Source of the DNA: Halorhodospira halophila SL1
Lineage (GTDB): Bacteria > Pseudomonadota > Gammaproteobacteria > Nitrococcales > Halorhodospiraceae
Length of the DNA stretch: 32,000 bases
Reading direction: 5' to 3'
Assembly (NCBI RefSeq): GCF_000015585.1
Contig: NC_008789.1
Location: forward strand, 780,001-812,000
Shown: piece by piece, positions 29,163 to 32,000 of the stretch
How the letters are laid out: every line of letters begins with the position of its first letter
Position numbering within the stretch: the first letter of the stretch is position 1
Notes under the pieces: model-generated
Told to the model about the DNA's origin: nothing
Seen by the model: the letters and a program-made list of their open reading frames with translations, nothing else
The model's database searches: none
Program-made: the position numbers and the translations under genes

Positions 29163-29803
29163 GCGAGACCCCCACCCCACGCAGCATCTTCCGCGACGGC
29201 CTGTGGGGCAACAACGCCGCCCTGGTCCAGCTGCTCGGCCTTTGCCCACTGCTGGCGGTAACCACCACCGCCGTGGCCGGGCTCGGCCTGGGCATCGCCA
29301 CCCTGCTGGTGGTCACCGCCTCCAGCGTGGTGGTCTCGCTGATCCGCAACCTCGTCCCCCAGGACGTGCGCATCCCGGTCTTTATCCTGGTCATCGCCGC
29401 CTTCGTCACCATCGTCGAGCTGGTGGTGGCGGCGTGGCTCCACGACCTCTACCGCACCCTGGGCCTGTTCCTGCCCCTGATCGTCACCAACTGCGCCATC
29501 CTCGCCCGGGCCGAGGCGTTCGCCTCGCGCCAGCCGGTGGGCCCGGCGGCGCTGGACGGCATCGCCACCGGCACCGGCTTCGCCGCCGTGCTCATCGTCC
29601 TCGGCGCCCTGCGCGAGCTCATCGGCCGCGGCACCCTGCTCGACGGCGCCGAACAGCTCTTCGGTCCGATCGCCGCGAACTGGACGCTCGAGCTGGTCGA
29701 CGGCGACGTCTTCCTGCTGGCCATCCTGCCGCCGGGGGCGTTCATCGGCCTGGCCCTGCTGCTGGCGATCAAGAACCGCATCGACGACCGCCATGGACGC
29801 TGA
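29159..29803 (+). CDS. rnfE: Rnf complex subunit E
   Basis: LWGNNAALVQLLGLCPLLAVTTT and LPLIVTNCAILARAEAFA are present. It has an ATGA overlap with rnfG. Confidence 0.92.
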   Translation: MSETPTPRSIFRDGLWGNNAALVQLLGLCPLLAVTTTAVAGLGLGIATLLVVTASSVVVSLIRNLVPQDVRIPVFILVIAAFVTIVELVVAAWLHDLYRTLGLFLPLIVTNCAILARAEAFASRQPVGPAALDGIATGTGFAAVLIVLGALRELIGRGTLLDGAEQLFGPIAANWTLELVDGDVFLLAILPPGAFIGLALLLAIKNRIDDRHGR

Positions 29804-30434
29804 GCAGCGCCACGAGCTCTACCGGCGGCTGAGAGAGGCGCTGCCCGAGCCGGAGACCGAGCTCCTCTACGAGACCCCCTACGAGCTGCTGGTGGCGGTC
29901 TCGCTCTCGGCGCAGAGCACCGATGAGAGCGTCAACCGCGCCACCCGGCAGCTCTTCCCGGTGGCCAACACCCCCGAGGCGATGCTCGCCCTCGGCGAGG
30001 CCGGCCTCAAGCCGTACATCCAGCACATCGGGCTCTACAACAACAAGGCGCGCAACATCATCGCCGCCAGCCAGCAGCTCATCGAGCACCACGACGGCCA
30101 GGTGCCCCGCGACCGCCCGGCCCTGGAGGCCCTGCCCGGGGTCGGGCGCAAGACGGCCAACGTCATCCTCAACGTCGCCTTCGGCGAGCCGACCATCGCC
30201 GTGGATACGCACATCTTCCGCGTCGCCAACCGCACCGGGCTGGCCCCGGGGAAGAACGTCCGCGAGGTGGAGGCGGGGCTGGAGGCGGTGACGCCGGAGC
30301 CGTTCCGACTCCACGCCCACCACTGGCTGATCCTGCACGGGCGCTACACCTGCACCGCCCGCCGCCCGCGCTGCGGGGCGTGCGTGATCGCTGATCTGTG
30401 CGCCTTCCCGGAGAAAGACCCGGAACGGACCTAA
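29793..30434 (+). CDS. nth: Endonuclease III
   Basis: The HhH motif LPGVGRKTANVILNVAFG and the Fe-S cluster motif CTARRPRCGACVIADLC are present. nth follows rnfE, as in E. coli rsxABCDGE-nth. Confidence 0.95.
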   Translation: MDAEQRHELYRRLREALPEPETELLYETPYELLVAVSLSAQSTDESVNRATRQLFPVANTPEAMLALGEAGLKPYIQHIGLYNNKARNIIAASQQLIEHHDGQVPRDRPALEALPGVGRKTANVILNVAFGEPTIAVDTHIFRVANRTGLAPGKNVREVEAGLEAVTPEPFRLHAHHWLILHGRYTCTARRPRCGACVIADLCAFPEKDPERT

Positions 30435-30527
30435 GAGGTGGGGGCACCGGCCACGGCGCCATGAGGGGGCGCAGCCCACCGGCACCGCTACCGACGGGGC
30501 GCCGGCAGCGGTGCCTCCGCGCCGGGG

Positions 30528-31739
30528 TCAGCCGCGGCGCTTGGCGCCGAGGCGCAGCCGCAGGGCGTTGAGGCGGATGAAGCCCTCGGCGTCCTTCTGG
30601 TCGTAGGCGCCGGCGTCGTCCTCGAAGGTGGCCACCGAGGCGTCGAAGAGGCTCTTCGGCGACTGGCGGCCGACGACGATGACGTTGCCCTTGTAGAGCT
30701 TCAGGCGCACGGTGCCCTCGACGTCCTGCTGGGTCTGGTCGATCATCGCCTGCAGCGCCTCGCGCTCCGGGGCGAACCAGTAGCCGTTGTAGACCAGCTC
30801 GGCGTAGCGCGGCATCAGCTCGTCCTTCAGGTGCGCCGCATCGCGATCCAGGGTGATCGACTCCATGGCACGGTGGGCGCGCAGCAGGATGGTGCCGCCG
30901 GGGGTCTCGTAGCAGCCGCGGGACTTCATGCCCACGTAGCGGTTCTCGACGATGTCGATCCGGCCGATGCCGTGGCGCGCCCCCAGGTCGTTGAGCCGGC
31001 CGAGCAGCGCCGCCGGCGAGAGCCGCTCGCCGTCGATGGCCACCGGATCGCCACCGGCGAAGGCGATGTCGATGTACTGCGGCTCGTCCGGCGCCGCCTC
31101 CGGCGCGTTGGTCCACAGCCACATCGCCTCCTCGGCCTCGGTCCAGGTGTCCTCCAGGACCCCGCCCTCGTAGGAGATGTGCAGCAGGTTGGCGTCCATG
31201 GAGTACGGCGCGCCGCCCTCCTCGCGCTTGCCCTCGATGTCGATGCCGTGGCGCTCGGCGTACTGCAGGAGCCGCTCGCGGGAGTTGAGGTCCCACTCCC
31301 GCCACGGGGCGATGACCTTGATCCCCGGCTCGAGGCCGTAGTAGCCGAGCTCGAAGCGGACCTGATCATTGCCCTTGCCGGTGGCGCCGTGGGCGACGGC
31401 GTCGGCGCCGGTCTCGCGGGCGATCTCCACCTGCCGCTTGGCGATCAGCGGCCGGGCGATGGAGGTGCCGAGCAGGTACTCGCCCTCGTAGACGGCGTTG
31501 GCGCGGAACATCGGGAAGACGAAGTCGCGGGCGAACTCCTCGCGCAGATCATCGACGTAGATCTCGCGGATCCCGAACGCCTCCGCCTTGCGCCGGGCGG
31601 GCTCCAGCTCCTCGCCCTGGCCCAGATCGGCGGTGAATGTCACCACCTCGCAGCCGTAGGTCTCCTCGAGCCACTTGAGGATCACGGAGGTGTCGAGACC
31701 GCCGGAGTAGGCGAGTACGACCTTCTTGACGTCCGACAT
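30528..31739 (-). CDS. argG: Argininosuccinate synthase
   Basis: [24 protein letters not shown]...[13 protein letters not shown] is the canonical type I ArgG sequence. Confidence 0.97.
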
Positions 31740-31769
31740 GGGGAGCTCCTCGGTATTCAGGTTCAGGGG

Positions 31770-32000
31770 TCAGTATCCCAGCATCAGGAATTCAAGCAGC
31801 GCCTTCTGGGCGTGCAGGCGATTCTCCGCCTCGTCCCAGACGACGCTCTGCGGTCCTTCGAGCACCGCGGCCTCCACCTCCTCGCCCCGGTGGGCCGGCA
31901 GGCAGTGCATGAACAGCGCCTGCTCGCCGGCACACTCCATCAGCGACTCGGTCACGCAGAAGCCGCGGAAGGCCTCCTCGCGGGCCGCCTGCTCGCTCTC
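31770..32000 (-). CDS. argF: Ornithine carbamoyltransferase, C-terminal part only (5' end beyond the window end)
   Basis: [13 protein letters not shown] (the HCLPxxR signature) and [17 protein letters not shown] are present. The frame stays open upstream of the track's GTG to position 32000 ([15 protein letters not shown]...). Confidence 0.85.
   Translation of the reverse strand, partial: ESEQAAREEAFRGFCVTESLMECAGEQALFMHCLPAHRGEEVEAAVLEGPQSVVWDEAENRLHAQKALLEFLMLGY

Noticed and set aside
30481-30515. 9-bp stem hairpin (GGCACCGCT...AGCGGTGCC) between convergent nth and argG, considered as a bidirectional terminator
   Set aside because: No U-tract is present on either strand and the loop is 17 nt. 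The structure is real, but calling it a terminator is not supported.
30169-31305. 378-aa - strand ORF overlapping argG out of frame
   Set aside because: It is an off-frame shadow of argG on the same strand and is Arg/Gly/Pro-rich. The argG frame has canonical motifs.

Overview
High-GC (about 68-70% by eye) gammaproteobacterial chromosomal window. The encoded proteins are strikingly acidic, which fits a halophilic Ectothiorhodospiraceae/Halorhodospira-like organism; that assignment is inference only. All family calls come from motif recognition, with no database search. Most of the window is housekeeping: proS, acyP, yihY-family, wrbA, hda, purMN, dcd, mgtE, uppP, metG, an HtrA-family protease, the rnf operon plus nth, argG and a partial argF. 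Five things stand out. (1) The rnf operon is remodelled: RnfA runs in frame into a complete BFN/DUF151 'bifunctional nuclease' domain, and RnfB and RnfC form one 681-codon ORF. (2) A roughly 140-nt structured palindromic repeat family has two copies in opposite orientation, directly after the purN and metG stops. The copies differ by a single-base indel, so the element is non-coding, and by two compensatory changes in a long-range stem. (3) The left edge carries a lower-GC archaic chaperone-usher pilus cluster: two hyper-acidic, almost Lys/Arg-free subunits, a chaperone, and an usher missing from the ORF track because it runs off the window. (4) Divergent from that cluster is an unusual XRE-HTH/PAS/degenerate-GGDEF/EAL protein. 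(5) mgtE has a candidate promoter that implies a roughly 315-nt structured leader. Many long ORFs in the track are antisense or off-frame shadows typical of high-GC DNA, and I rejected them.
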